This document shows, piece by piece, positions 38,648-47,444 of a stretch of 64,000 nucleotides of DNA (its first letter is position 1; the number at the start of each line of letters is the position of its first letter). The notes beneath the pieces were generated by a model. It was not told the DNA's origin, did not search any database, and worked only from the letters and a program-made list of their open reading frames with translations. Source of the DNA: a virus (lineage: Duplodnaviria; Caudoviricetes); IMG/VR virus record IMGVR_UViG_3300018475_000011, positions 24,000 through 87,999 of that record, one strand, 5' to 3'. Made by a program: the position numbers and the translations under genes.

Positions 38648-38914
38648 ATGAAAGTTTTTCACTTAAAGGGTGCAAGTCAAGAAACCAAAAATGAATTTAT
38701 GAATTATTTGGAGAAATGCCTTATATCTCAATGTATAGAACAGCATAGAGAAAAAGATATTACCGTTATAATGAAGGGTGGCGTAGAAAACTACGAAATA
38801 CACCACGAAAACAACGATGATTATATTTCAATCCAATATAAGAATGGAGAAGTGTGGGAATACCGTGATGTTGATTTTGGTGCTGACGGCATGGAATATA
38901 AGCGTGTCAAATAG
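38648..38914 (+). CDS. hypothetical protein
   Basis: GGGAG SD. Confidence 0.6.
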   Translation: MKVFHLKGASQETKNEFMNYLEKCLISQCIEQHREKDITVIMKGGVENYEIHHENNDDYISIQYKNGEVWEYRDVDFGADGMEYKRVK

Positions 38915-38929
38915 CAGAAAGGCAGAAGC

Positions 38930-39313
38930 ATGAATATTAAAGAATTTAGCGTCGGACAGAATGTATATATTAGACTTTGCGGAAACGCAAGTAGGGGGAA
39001 AAGCGAAGATGCCCTTATCGAAGAATGGGAAATTGTTTCAGTTGGAAGAAAACTGATTAAGGCAAAACGCAAGGGTTGGACGGACGCTTGTGCGGTAACA
39101 TTTGAAAAGAGAGAACACGGGTATAGCGATAAATTTGTCGAAAAGACGAATACTTGCGTCGATTTTATCTTGTATAGTAGTCGGAAAGAAATAGAAGATG
39201 AAATTGAGCGGGAGAGATTACTTTGCTCTATATCAAATTATTTTCGTGGCTACGGGGAGAAGAAAGTATCTCTTGAAAATCTTAGGCTGATAGCGGAAAT
39301 GATTGGTGTATAG
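38930..39313 (+). CDS. hypothetical protein
   Basis: co-oriented ORF. Confidence 0.65.
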   Translation: MNIKEFSVGQNVYIRLCGNASRGKSEDALIEEWEIVSVGRKLIKAKRKGWTDACAVTFEKREHGYSDKFVEKTNTCVDFILYSSRKEIEDEIERERLLCSISNYFRGYGEKKVSLENLRLIAEMIGV

Positions 39314-39314
39314 T

Positions 39315-39536
39315 ATGAGTGCAAAAAGAAAACACGCACACAAACGGCAAGATATTTACAAAACGTCTTACGATGAACTCATTAAGAGTGCAAAAAGAAA
39401 ACACAATGAAGAATTTTATATTTTCAAAACCATTGTGGGCGGTGTAGAGTGGTATAGTGAGTGTTCAGTAGATACAATGGGAAGTAGCATTGAGTATTGG
39501 AAGAAAATAAATGGTAAATGGCAGATAGTAAGCTGA
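39315..39536 (+). CDS. hypothetical protein
   Basis: coupled ORF. Confidence 0.5.
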   Translation: MSAKRKHAHKRQDIYKTSYDELIKSAKRKHNEEFYIFKTIVGGVEWYSECSVDTMGSSIEYWKKINGKWQIVS

Positions 39537-39553
39537 TAAAAAGGAGATTTACA

Positions 39554-39724
39554 ATGAATAGGTTTAACGAATTTCATAAACAGCAGAATATTTGCATTGA
39601 ATGTCACGGGCTTGGTTACAAGCGTATTAGTGAACCATATAATCGTTTTGGTCGTTGGTATGATGATTGCAAATCGAAAATAAAATGCAAAAAGTGTTGT
39701 GGTACGGGCAAACATATAAATTAA
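39554..39724 (+). CDS. small DnaJ-type Zn-finger-like peptide
   Basis: CIECHGLG..CKKCCGTG; AAGGAG SD. Confidence 0.5.
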   Translation: MNRFNEFHKQQNICIECHGLGYKRISEPYNRFGRWYDDCKSKIKCKKCCGTGKHIN

Positions 39725-39743
39725 GATTTATGGAGAGATTAAA

Positions 39744-39995
39744 ATGGCAAAAGGTGTAATTGTTCGTAGCGATTATAGCAATAATAACTCATTACAAATT
39801 ATTCAAAAAGATGATGGCGATATTGTTATAAGAACCTATATTAGAGATGAACACGATAAAGGTATTGAAATAGCAACAAATCAAGGCGGTTCACGAATAA
39901 ATCATAATACGGAAGTGATTAAACACTTTATGGCTATTATTGAGTTACTTAGTGACGGTACAGAAAGAGAAGATATTGTCCGTATATTGAAATAG
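39744..39995 (+). CDS. hypothetical protein
   Basis: GGAG SD. Confidence 0.6.
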   Translation: MAKGVIVRSDYSNNNSLQIIQKDDGDIVIRTYIRDEHDKGIEIATNQGGSRINHNTEVIKHFMAIIELLSDGTEREDIVRILK

Positions 39996-40000
39996 ATAAA

Positions 40001-40270
40001 TTGAAGGAGATTTATAATAAAGCAATGGAAAATAATAGTTATTTGAATTGTAAAAAGGTAGATACTTCAATCAGTAGAGCAAAAAAAATGTTGATTGACA
40101 GAGCGAAAATAAACGGATTATATGAATGTTTCGGACAGAAGGAAGTCAGAGCAATCAAAGATAAGTTTGTTGATTTATGTGACTATTCAAAAGAAATGAA
40201 CACAATCAGAAACAAGATAGAAAATTTCGATGAATGGTGCAAGACTTACACGGGACAAAATGAGATTTGA
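40001..40270 (+). CDS. hypothetical protein (start uncertain)
   Basis: co-oriented ORF. Confidence 0.55.
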   Translation: MKEIYNKAMENNSYLNCKKVDTSISRAKKMLIDRAKINGLYECFGQKEVRAIKDKFVDLCDYSKEMNTIRNKIENFDEWCKTYTGQNEI

Positions 40271-40376
40271 AATAGGAGCTTGCAAAATAGCGGGATATAA
40301 GTACCGACGGGACTAAGAAAAAAACAACTTCAAACGGTTTTAGATTTATTGAGAAAATACAGTAGAAGGGAGATTT

Positions 40377-40562
40377 TTGGAGATGAATATAGTAGAAATC
40401 GAATTTGATGAAAACCAAAATGTATATTTGCGTGTAAATCACGGAGAATGGATTGTTAAAAATTGGAGCGATTTAACAGAATATGAACGTATTTTGATAC
40501 GCTCATTACAACCCGATTCAGATACGGAAATTGTATCGGTCAAAATGCCGTTTAAGAAATAA
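40377..40562 (+). CDS. hypothetical protein
   Basis: GGGAG SD, TTG or ATG start. Confidence 0.5.
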   Translation: MEMNIVEIEFDENQNVYLRVNHGEWIVKNWSDLTEYERILIRSLQPDSDTEIVSVKMPFKK

Positions 40563-40589
40563 ACGGTTATAAAGAAGGGGGATTGCACG

Positions 40590-40880
40590 ATGAACGAAAG
40601 CCACAAATATAGCGAATCCGAAAGATGTGTCGTATATCAGAAATCAGACGGTGGAATGAAACTATCCATGACGTTTAATAAAGATACTAAGTCGGTAGAC
40701 ATCAATCTTATGATGTTTGTGCGAAATGATGAACCTATGCTCGAACCAATGGAAAGCGAATGGGTTAGATATTCTGCAAAATACGGACATTGGCAACAGA
40801 TATTTCCTACTTTATCGGTAGAAGATATTGAATTTCTCTATATGAAATCAAGAGAATTGTTCGGTAATGACAAAAAATGA
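40590..40880 (+). CDS. hypothetical protein
   Basis: GGGGG SD. Confidence 0.6.
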   Translation: MNESHKYSESERCVVYQKSDGGMKLSMTFNKDTKSVDINLMMFVRNDEPMLEPMESEWVRYSAKYGHWQQIFPTLSVEDIEFLYMKSRELFGNDKK

Positions 40881-41087
40881 TTGGAGATATGTTATATGAC
40901 AGTAAGCATTATTGTTTCCGTTGTGGTTTCAGCAATATTGACAATGTTTGGAGATGTCGCCTTGAAATCGAAGGGTATTAAATTGCGGGGTATTGGATTA
41001 TTTGGAATCTTTATACTTATGTTTGGAATAACATTTATATCAATAATTACAGCTTCTCATTATCTGAATGGCGTTAAGAGAGTGTAA
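40881..41087 (+). CDS. small membrane protein
   Basis: two TM helices. Confidence 0.5.
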   Translation: MEICYMTVSIIVSVVVSAILTMFGDVALKSKGIKLRGIGLFGIFILMFGITFISIITASHYLNGVKRV

Positions 41088-41138
41088 AAAATAGTAAAAT
41101 AAATTAAGAAATATAATAAATAAAAGGAGATTACCGAT

Positions 41139-41339
41139 ATGGCAAATTCAAATCTTAACATGAGAATTACAGAAGAAACAAAGGATTGCATTAAAAAGTT
41201 TGCGTCCGACAGAAATATGAACGTAACAGAGTATGTATTGTTTGCGTGCTACACAACTGAATCAATGGCAGAAACAGTTAAGTCTATTGCAAGCGATGTT
41301 AGCGAACTAAAAAACATGATTAAGCAGATGCAGAAATAG
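41139..41339 (+). CDS. ribbon-helix-helix DNA-binding protein
   Basis: NLNMRITEETKDCIKKFASDRNMNVTEYV. Confidence 0.7.
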   Translation: MANSNLNMRITEETKDCIKKFASDRNMNVTEYVLFACYTTESMAETVKSIASDVSELKNMIKQMQK

Positions 41340-41345
41340 GGAAAA

Positions 41346-41377
41346 AGAAGAGCATATCAAGGGATATGCTCTTTTTT
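41346..41377 (+). terminator. intrinsic terminator
   Basis: GAGCATATC-aagg-GATATGCTC then T run. Confidence 0.85.
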
Positions 41378-41399
41378 AATTACAAATTGAAAAATTGTG

Positions 41400-41428
41400 T
41401 TGACAAATATAACATCGTATGATACTAT
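41400..41428 (+). promoter_or_regulatory. SigA-type promoter of the putative sRNA (no CGTTAC box)
   Basis: TTGACA-17-TACTAT with extended TG. Confidence 0.75.
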
Positions 41429-41434
41429 GAGCTT

Positions 41435-41532
41435 GTAAACGATGTAAGGTCGTTTAGTAATAAAGAGTTATCTCTTTATTCGATATTTGGTTGTGTTGAA
41501 AAGTCGTTGTGTCCCCCATAACGACTTTTTTC
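41435..41532 (+). ncRNA. putative trans-acting antisense small RNA
   Basis: promoter, two hairpins, single-stranded segment and terminator (AAAAGTCGTT..AACGACTTTTTT), no ORF; 41467-41499 complementary to several 5' leaders. Confidence 0.7.
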
Positions 41533-41725
41533 TTGTCTAAAATTGCATATACTCTCTTCTGCTATCGACACATATACTCTCTTCCACTCTTTCGTTGGCA
41601 CTCACAAACTATCATATAGTTTGAAGGGTGCTTTTAATTTGCGTTGAATATGTCAAAACATCATGTAGTGTTGTAAAAATGCAAACACTACAAGGGGTTA
41701 TAGTGTTTGCAAAATGCTAAACGTA

Positions 41726-41754
41726 TTGACAAATGCGTTACAATGTGCTATAAT
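41726..41754 (+). promoter_or_regulatory. CGTTAC-class promoter 9
   Basis: TTGACA aatgCGTTACaatgtgc TATAAT. Confidence 0.85.
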
Positions 41755-41795
41755 ATAATTACAACCAAATACAATTTAATAAGGGGGACAATGCC

Positions 41796-42020
41796 ATGAA
41801 CGCATTTATAAAAAATCCGTATTACGAATCAAAAATACGGTCGGAAAAAGCAAATATTGCTCATTACAAAAACCAAATTAAGCATCTCGAAAATCAAATT
41901 GAGCATCTTAAAGAAAAAGGCAAACCCACAAGAAGCCTTGAAGATGCTATTAATACCCTAAACAGAAATATGGAACATTCCAACATTATGATTTCTCGGT
42001 ATCAGCGATTAAATATATAA
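41796..42020 (+). CDS. small coiled-coil protein
   Basis: GGGGGACA SD; heptad pattern. Confidence 0.6.
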   Translation: MNAFIKNPYYESKIRSEKANIAHYKNQIKHLENQIEHLKEKGKPTRSLEDAINTLNRNMEHSNIMISRYQRLNI

Positions 42021-42022
42021 AC

Positions 42023-42056
42023 AAAAAAGCCCTATGCAAATTGCATAAGGCTTTTT
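42023..42056. terminator. bidirectional terminator at strand switch
   Basis: AAAAAAGCCCTATGCA-aat-TGCATAAGGCTTTTT between convergent genes. Confidence 0.8.
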
Positions 42057-42080
42057 CAATGAAGGCAATATGGAAAAAGA

Positions 42081-43022
42081 TTATCTCTCTACATTGGGAC
42101 GATTACGCTCTTTTGCGTCCATATTTCTGTACTCAATACACGCCTTTGCAATTTCGGCGTTACCAATATACTCTCCCACATCTTCTTTATTATTGATAAA
42201 TAGGCTTTCAAATTTGCCGTTTTCATCTTTGTAATCGAAGTTTGTGGCTTTGATGAACTTATCTCCCTTTGCGGTCTTGCCAAATTCAACCATAACATTA
42301 TCTTCGTGGCTACGAAGCTCTACTCTTTCGCCAAATTCGTCATTTCTGTATCTTGCGTAAGCATTATTTACAAGCTCTCCTTGACCGTTTACTACTTTTT
42401 CGCTTTCCGCATTGAAATTTTGATTTAAGGTAAACGCAAGTTTCTGTAATTCGCTAATAGCTTTATCGTCTTTCACTAACATACCCGATTCCATAACAAA
42501 ATTAGCAATAGCCTTGGTTTCGGGAGATATCTTGTCTACGCTCTTGATATCATCAGCCTTGTAATAATTAGGCTTTGCCTTACCCGAATTGTCCTTTTCC
42601 CATTTTTTAACAACCATATTGGTAAGCTCAACACCGTTGCTGATATCATCTTTGGCAAATAGCGTAAGTGTTTCGTTAGCCTTATTATTATTAATAGAAA
42701 TTTTAAGGCTATAAGCGTCACTTCCGTCCTTATGTGTTAATCTTTCTTCTCTCTGTGTTTCGCTATTAAAAACAATCGCATCGGCAACGGAAACAACCGC
42801 TTTGTTCTTATATTCTTTGCCTTCAAGCGTTACGCTGTTTGTGGTAAGATTGTTCTTTTCTAATGCGTCCATGAGTTCAAGGGCTTTCTCTAAAAGAACT
42901 TCACTAGCCGAAGCAACAAAAGTATCTTCTTCTGCTCTTTCTCTTGTGTCCTTATCAATATACGCAAGATATTCCTTTTTATCATTAGTTGATGTGTTTG
43001 TTGGTAAATGACCCCATGCCAT
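42081..43022 (-). CDS. hypothetical protein, tail ..NRPNVER
   Basis: 313 aa; AAGGAG SD. Confidence 0.75.
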   Translation of the reverse strand: MAWGHLPTNTSTNDKKEYLAYIDKDTRERAEEDTFVASASEVLLEKALELMDALEKNNLTTNSVTLEGKEYKNKAVVSVADAIVFNSETQREERLTHKDGSDAYSLKISINNNKANETLTLFAKDDISNGVELTNMVVKKWEKDNSGKAKPNYYKADDIKSVDKISPETKAIANFVMESGMLVKDDKAISELQKLAFTLNQNFNAESEKVVNGQGELVNNAYARYRNDEFGERVELRSHEDNVMVEFGKTAKGDKFIKATNFDYKDENGKFESLFINNKEDVGEYIGNAEIAKACIEYRNMDAKERNRPNVER

Positions 43023-43061
43023 AAATTTGTTCTCCTTTATATTATAATATAGTATGTTACA

Positions 43062-44819
43062 TTAGCGGTCGCCATAATCCGCTTTTGGCTTTTCTTTGGT
43101 CTGTGTCTGCTCTTTGTTCAATTCAGCAACATGAGCATCATATATTCGGCTAGGGCGTACTTTACACTCTACGCTCTTTCCCCTAAAATTGCTTATTTCT
43201 AATTCGCCCAAAAAAGCAATTTCTCCCTTGGCGTTTGTAGGATAATTTGCATCATTAAAGCCCCAATCAACCGCCTTAAACTTTGTTACGCCTTTAAGCT
43301 GAATATCCTTCCAATTAGGATTATTCGCTTTTCTAGCATCTTTTTTCTTTTCATTTTCTACGCCAATAATTTCAACGGGGGGTATTTTAAGACCCGTTCC
43401 TAACGGTTCTAAATGCTCCATTTTGCTTAATGTTTCATCTGCTGAAATTTCCTTGGGGGACATTTTTAGCAAAACAAGCTCTTCTTTTCTTTTAAGATTA
43501 GATTTGTTTTCGTTAATAGCTTCAACGAAAAGGTCAAAATCGTCGGCAGATATTCCCGAAATACCAACAGCGTCGTGATGCCCGCCGTACTTGATATTCA
43601 TACCGCCCACCGTATTATCTAAAAATAGCTTTAATGATTCATTTCCTACCGCATTACGACTACTTCCCGTAAATGTTTGTGTTTCTTCTTGGAGTGCCAC
43701 GCATATTACAGCCTTATCGGTTGCATCTGTCAATTTACTTGCAACCAAACCCGCAAGAGCCGTTGGAGTATTATCGGGCAAACGATATACAAACACATTG
43801 CCTTCCGAATGACGTTCTCTTAAAGCGGTTTCGTAGAATGTTTCATCTTGCAATGTCGCTACAACCGCCTTACGCTCCGAATTAAGCGTACTTAGCTTGG
43901 AAAGCTCAATATATGCGTTAGCGTTGTTTGGATTGGCTGTAAGAGCGTTATACATTCTCATAGCACCATTTTCTCCCAATATGGCACTCATTCGGGAAGA
44001 ACTATTAAGGAACGCACCTACATTAAAACCGATTTGCTTTGCCGTTACATCTTGTTCATTAATACCGCAAATACTCAATGTGTGACCTATGATAAAATCG
44101 AAATTCTCTTCGTGAGCATTATTGATAATATCAAGCCCCTTCTTAATTATTTCACGGTTACGGCTATTCATATCCATAACATTAACCATATCGCAAATAG
44201 TACCGATGCAAGCCATAGCACCCAATGTATTATTTAATACTTCTTCGGATAAAGATTCGATGCCTTGCTTTTCACACTCTCCACGCATACATTCAAACAC
44301 ACGATATGCCAAACCCGTTGCACAATATTGAGCATTAAGGCTATCGTCCGTGTGGAAGCAATGGGGATTTAGTAATAACGGGTCTTTTGAGAAGGCTTCT
44401 CTATCCGCTTCATTATTGATAAGGTGGTGGTCTATAATAATTGTGTCTTTGCCAAAAGTATTGCGGATATAATCTAATTCATTACTTCCCATATCAAGAA
44501 CGATGTATTTTGCATCTTCTTCCGCTTCAATGTATTTAGGAACACCATACGACATACGACGGTCGTTGCAATGTACTTCTAAATCAATATTGGGATTAAC
44601 CTTTCGCAAGGCTTTGTCAAGGATATATGCTGAACATATACCGTCTGCATCATAGTCTGTTAGAATACGAACCTTATTGTCGTTCTTCGCCAATGATAAA
44701 ACATGGCTTGAAGTAGAGAGAATACTAATACTAGCTTCGGGAGCTTCTTGCATTTTACTCTCTTTATCTTCGACATCGGCGATGATTTCATCAAGCGTTA
44801 CATATTTAATCTCTGCCAT
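43062..44819 (-). CDS. recJ: RecJ-like DHH/DHHA1 ssDNA exonuclease
   Basis: TDYDADG, VLDMG, IIDHH, GTICDMV, GSSR, GGHHDAVG; start at 44819 after AAGGAG. Confidence 0.85.
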   Translation of the reverse strand: MAEIKYVTLDEIIADVEDKESKMQEAPEASISILSTSSHVLSLAKNDNKVRILTDYDADGICSAYILDKALRKVNPNIDLEVHCNDRRMSYGVPKYIEAEEDAKYIVLDMGSNELDYIRNTFGKDTIIIDHHLINNEADREAFSKDPLLLNPHCFHTDDSLNAQYCATGLAYRVFECMRGECEKQGIESLSEEVLNNTLGAMACIGTICDMVNVMDMNSRNREIIKKGLDIINNAHEENFDFIIGHTLSICGINEQDVTAKQIGFNVGAFLNSSSRMSAILGENGAMRMYNALTANPNNANAYIELSKLSTLNSERKAVVATLQDETFYETALRERHSEGNVFVYRLPDNTPTALAGLVASKLTDATDKAVICVALQEETQTFTGSSRNAVGNESLKLFLDNTVGGMNIKYGGHHDAVGISGISADDFDLFVEAINENKSNLKRKEELVLLKMSPKEISADETLSKMEHLEPLGTGLKIPPVEIIGVENEKKKDARKANNPNWKDIQLKGVTKFKAVDWGFNDANYPTNAKGEIAFLGELEISNFRGKSVECKVRPSRIYDAHVAELNKEQTQTKEKPKADYGDR

Positions 44820-46335
44820 GATTTTCCTTCTCCTTCTTAGACTTTTCTGTGGTCTTATCTTCCTTTTTGTTGTTACGTTCATTGATAGCTTTGTCTACCA
44901 AATCAACGCTTTCTTCAAATAGTTTTACGCTGATTTTATAATCGGCTTGGTCTGCTCTATTGTTTCGCACGATAATTTTTCCCTTGTCTGCAACAAGACT
45001 AACATCTTTCTCGTTATCGTATTTATAGGCATATTGAGAAATGCCACCTTTTTCATCGAAATTAAAATAGGTTTTGTTGCCGTCGGGAGATACCGCACAA
45101 ATATATGTGCTGTCGTCGTGAATTAGCTTAATATCCCAACCCGACGGGGCATTAGAATCCATGACACGCATAATCGCATCAATGCGTTTGATATGCTCGT
45201 CGTTTGCTTTTTTGAAACCACTAACGCCTTGTTCTTTCAGCATGGTCTTTACATCATCGTTAGTTAAGCCACAAACAGATAAATAGCGATTGGTAATATC
45301 TGATTTGATGATATCCCTAACGATGTATTGGCGGTCAAAATCTAATTCGCTATGGATTTTGCCGTCTTTACCGTTAGTCCAAATGCCGACGGTTTTTTTA
45401 GCTCCCGTACCTTTGGGATTTTTGGGGTCTGAATTGTCATATCCCGTATAAAGAGATGCAACGATTTTATTGTTACTCATTTTGAACTCAATCAAAGAGT
45501 TTTGTCGTTCATGGATAACACAATAGGTTTTATCATCTCTTAATACACCACTAATACCGTTTGCATCGGTTGTAATATTATATAAATCATTGACTTTTCC
45601 GATAAGCTCTTCCTTCTGTTTTTTTGTTTCCATAAGGTTTTGAATTTTATCTTGCGTTTCCTTATCATATTTTCCGTAATTTTCTAAGTCGGGGAAATGC
45701 TCCCGCAAAATTTCAAGCCTTATTGCATCAGCAACGGAATAAGATTCATCAAGTTTTACTTCACTTAATTTTAGGCGGGATATGCTGACATCTTCTTCGA
45801 CGGGAACAAACCCGAATTGAACAAACCCGCCCGCCGATTGAGATTTAACCATATAATAATTATCGTCACTCTTAATATACAATTCTCCGTCTGCGTCGCT
45901 TTTGTATAGTGTAGCACTATCTGTATCAATTCCATAGCTTTTAATGGCTCTGTCATAGCTTGAAAAAACCTTTTCTCCTTCGCCCTTGGCTTGACTTTGA
46001 GCAAGGTCGTTTAATTCCTTTTCGATTTTGCCGATTTCCTTTTCGGCATCTTCAATAGAGATACTACCGATTTTACTTGCCAATTCCGATGTGGTATGAA
46101 TTAAATTGTCAAGGATTACCGCCGTTGTTTCGCTATTGTTTTCTACATCATCAAGACTTTTCGCTATACGCTCTAATGCTTCATAACAAGGTCTGTGACG
46201 CAATGCCTTAATAATATCCATAAGCATTTCATATAGAGTTTTCTTTTTTTCTTGATTTTCAGCTTCTATTCCCGCATTTTCGGGGTTGGTGTTTTCGGTA
46301 TTAGTATTATTAGTATTTTCTGTATTCTGTGCCAT
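44806..46335 (-). CDS. hypothetical protein, basic tail ..ENHGRD
   Basis: 509 aa; N-terminal coiled coil. Confidence 0.75.
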   Translation of the reverse strand: MAQNTENTNNTNTENTNPENAGIEAENQEKKKTLYEMLMDIIKALRHRPCYEALERIAKSLDDVENNSETTAVILDNLIHTTSELASKIGSISIEDAEKEIGKIEKELNDLAQSQAKGEGEKVFSSYDRAIKSYGIDTDSATLYKSDADGELYIKSDDNYYMVKSQSAGGFVQFGFVPVEEDVSISRLKLSEVKLDESYSVADAIRLEILREHFPDLENYGKYDKETQDKIQNLMETKKQKEELIGKVNDLYNITTDANGISGVLRDDKTYCVIHERQNSLIEFKMSNNKIVASLYTGYDNSDPKNPKGTGAKKTVGIWTNGKDGKIHSELDFDRQYIVRDIIKSDITNRYLSVCGLTNDDVKTMLKEQGVSGFKKANDEHIKRIDAIMRVMDSNAPSGWDIKLIHDDSTYICAVSPDGNKTYFNFDEKGGISQYAYKYDNEKDVSLVADKGKIIVRNNRADQADYKISVKLFEESVDLVDKAINERNNKKEDKTTEKSKKEKENHGRD

Positions 46336-46337
46336 GA

Positions 46338-47441
46338 TTATCTTCCTTTCGATGAATTTCTAAATTTACCCCAACCTTTTGTATTGTCCTTGGTGGAATC
46401 TTCAATGTTTGGCTCTACATTCTTAATAAACCATGAAGGTTTATATATTTGTCCGTCCTTGCCACAAAATTCAAGCCATTGCCTTATATTTTCTGTTCCA
46501 TACATCATTGCTCCGTTATAGATAAGGAGCGGTTTGTCATCAACGGTATCACGATTACATACATAAATCTTGCCATTTGGTTCTGCTTTGGTAGAAAAAC
46601 AAACAACGCTTCCTTCATAATGGATATTGGAAACATTTTCTCCAAATCCATTTTGCAACTCTCTTTTAATGGCGGTGTATATGCCATAAATGTTTTTCTT
46701 ATTATTGTCATTTATAGCATATAGGGCTTTTGTTGCGTTATTACTTAAATAATCTTTGCTCTCGATGCCTTCTTGATAACAAAAATTATAAACATCTTTA
46801 TAAATTTTGTCATAATCATAAGCCCCTTCTTTCTTTTCAAACAATAACGCCTTTCCTAATAATTCATCGGGATTGGTTAATTCCAAATGGGCGACGTTGT
46901 AAAAGCGATATCCACTCTTAATAAAGGGCTTTGTTTTATCTTTTGCGATTTCCTTATAGTTTGCATAATCATCGTCAAGCATAAATTCATGTCTATCGGT
47001 TAATCTTTTGCTGAAAACATCATAAGGAATGAATTTTTTAGGGGTTACGCTAATGTATTCTCCGTCGTGCAAATTACGCTCAAATTCTATCGGTTGTAAG
47101 TGCAAATAGTAATATTCGGGTTTTCCCTTTCCTTCAACAGCAAAAATGCTTTTTAACATACTTGCTTCATAATCCGATGCGGGTTTATACGAAGGATTAT
47201 TTGCATTTTTGAGTACCGTATCATCAGTTATGAGCATTTTTTGTAAAACAAACAAAACATCTGTCGAATCAAATGGTTGGATTCCAACAATACATTGGCT
47301 TTTGTCGGCTTTGATTGTTTTGCTAGTTTTTTCAAGAAAGTCAAACATCATATCGGCTTTATCCTTTATTGATGCTTGCTTAAATGGAATTTCGCCCTTG
47401 TTAATCTCAACAACATTTCCGTTGCTATCAACCACTTTCAT
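46338..47441 (-). CDS. hypothetical protein, tail ..NSSKGR
   Basis: 367 aa coupled ORF. Confidence 0.75.
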   Translation of the reverse strand: MKVVDSNGNVVEINKGEIPFKQASIKDKADMMFDFLEKTSKTIKADKSQCIVGIQPFDSTDVLFVLQKMLITDDTVLKNANNPSYKPASDYEASMLKSIFAVEGKGKPEYYYLHLQPIEFERNLHDGEYISVTPKKFIPYDVFSKRLTDRHEFMLDDDYANYKEIAKDKTKPFIKSGYRFYNVAHLELTNPDELLGKALLFEKKEGAYDYDKIYKDVYNFCYQEGIESKDYLSNNATKALYAINDNNKKNIYGIYTAIKRELQNGFGENVSNIHYEGSVVCFSTKAEPNGKIYVCNRDTVDDKPLLIYNGAMMYGTENIRQWLEFCGKDGQIYKPSWFIKNVEPNIEDSTKDNTKGWGKFRNSSKGR

Positions 47442-47444
47442 ACT

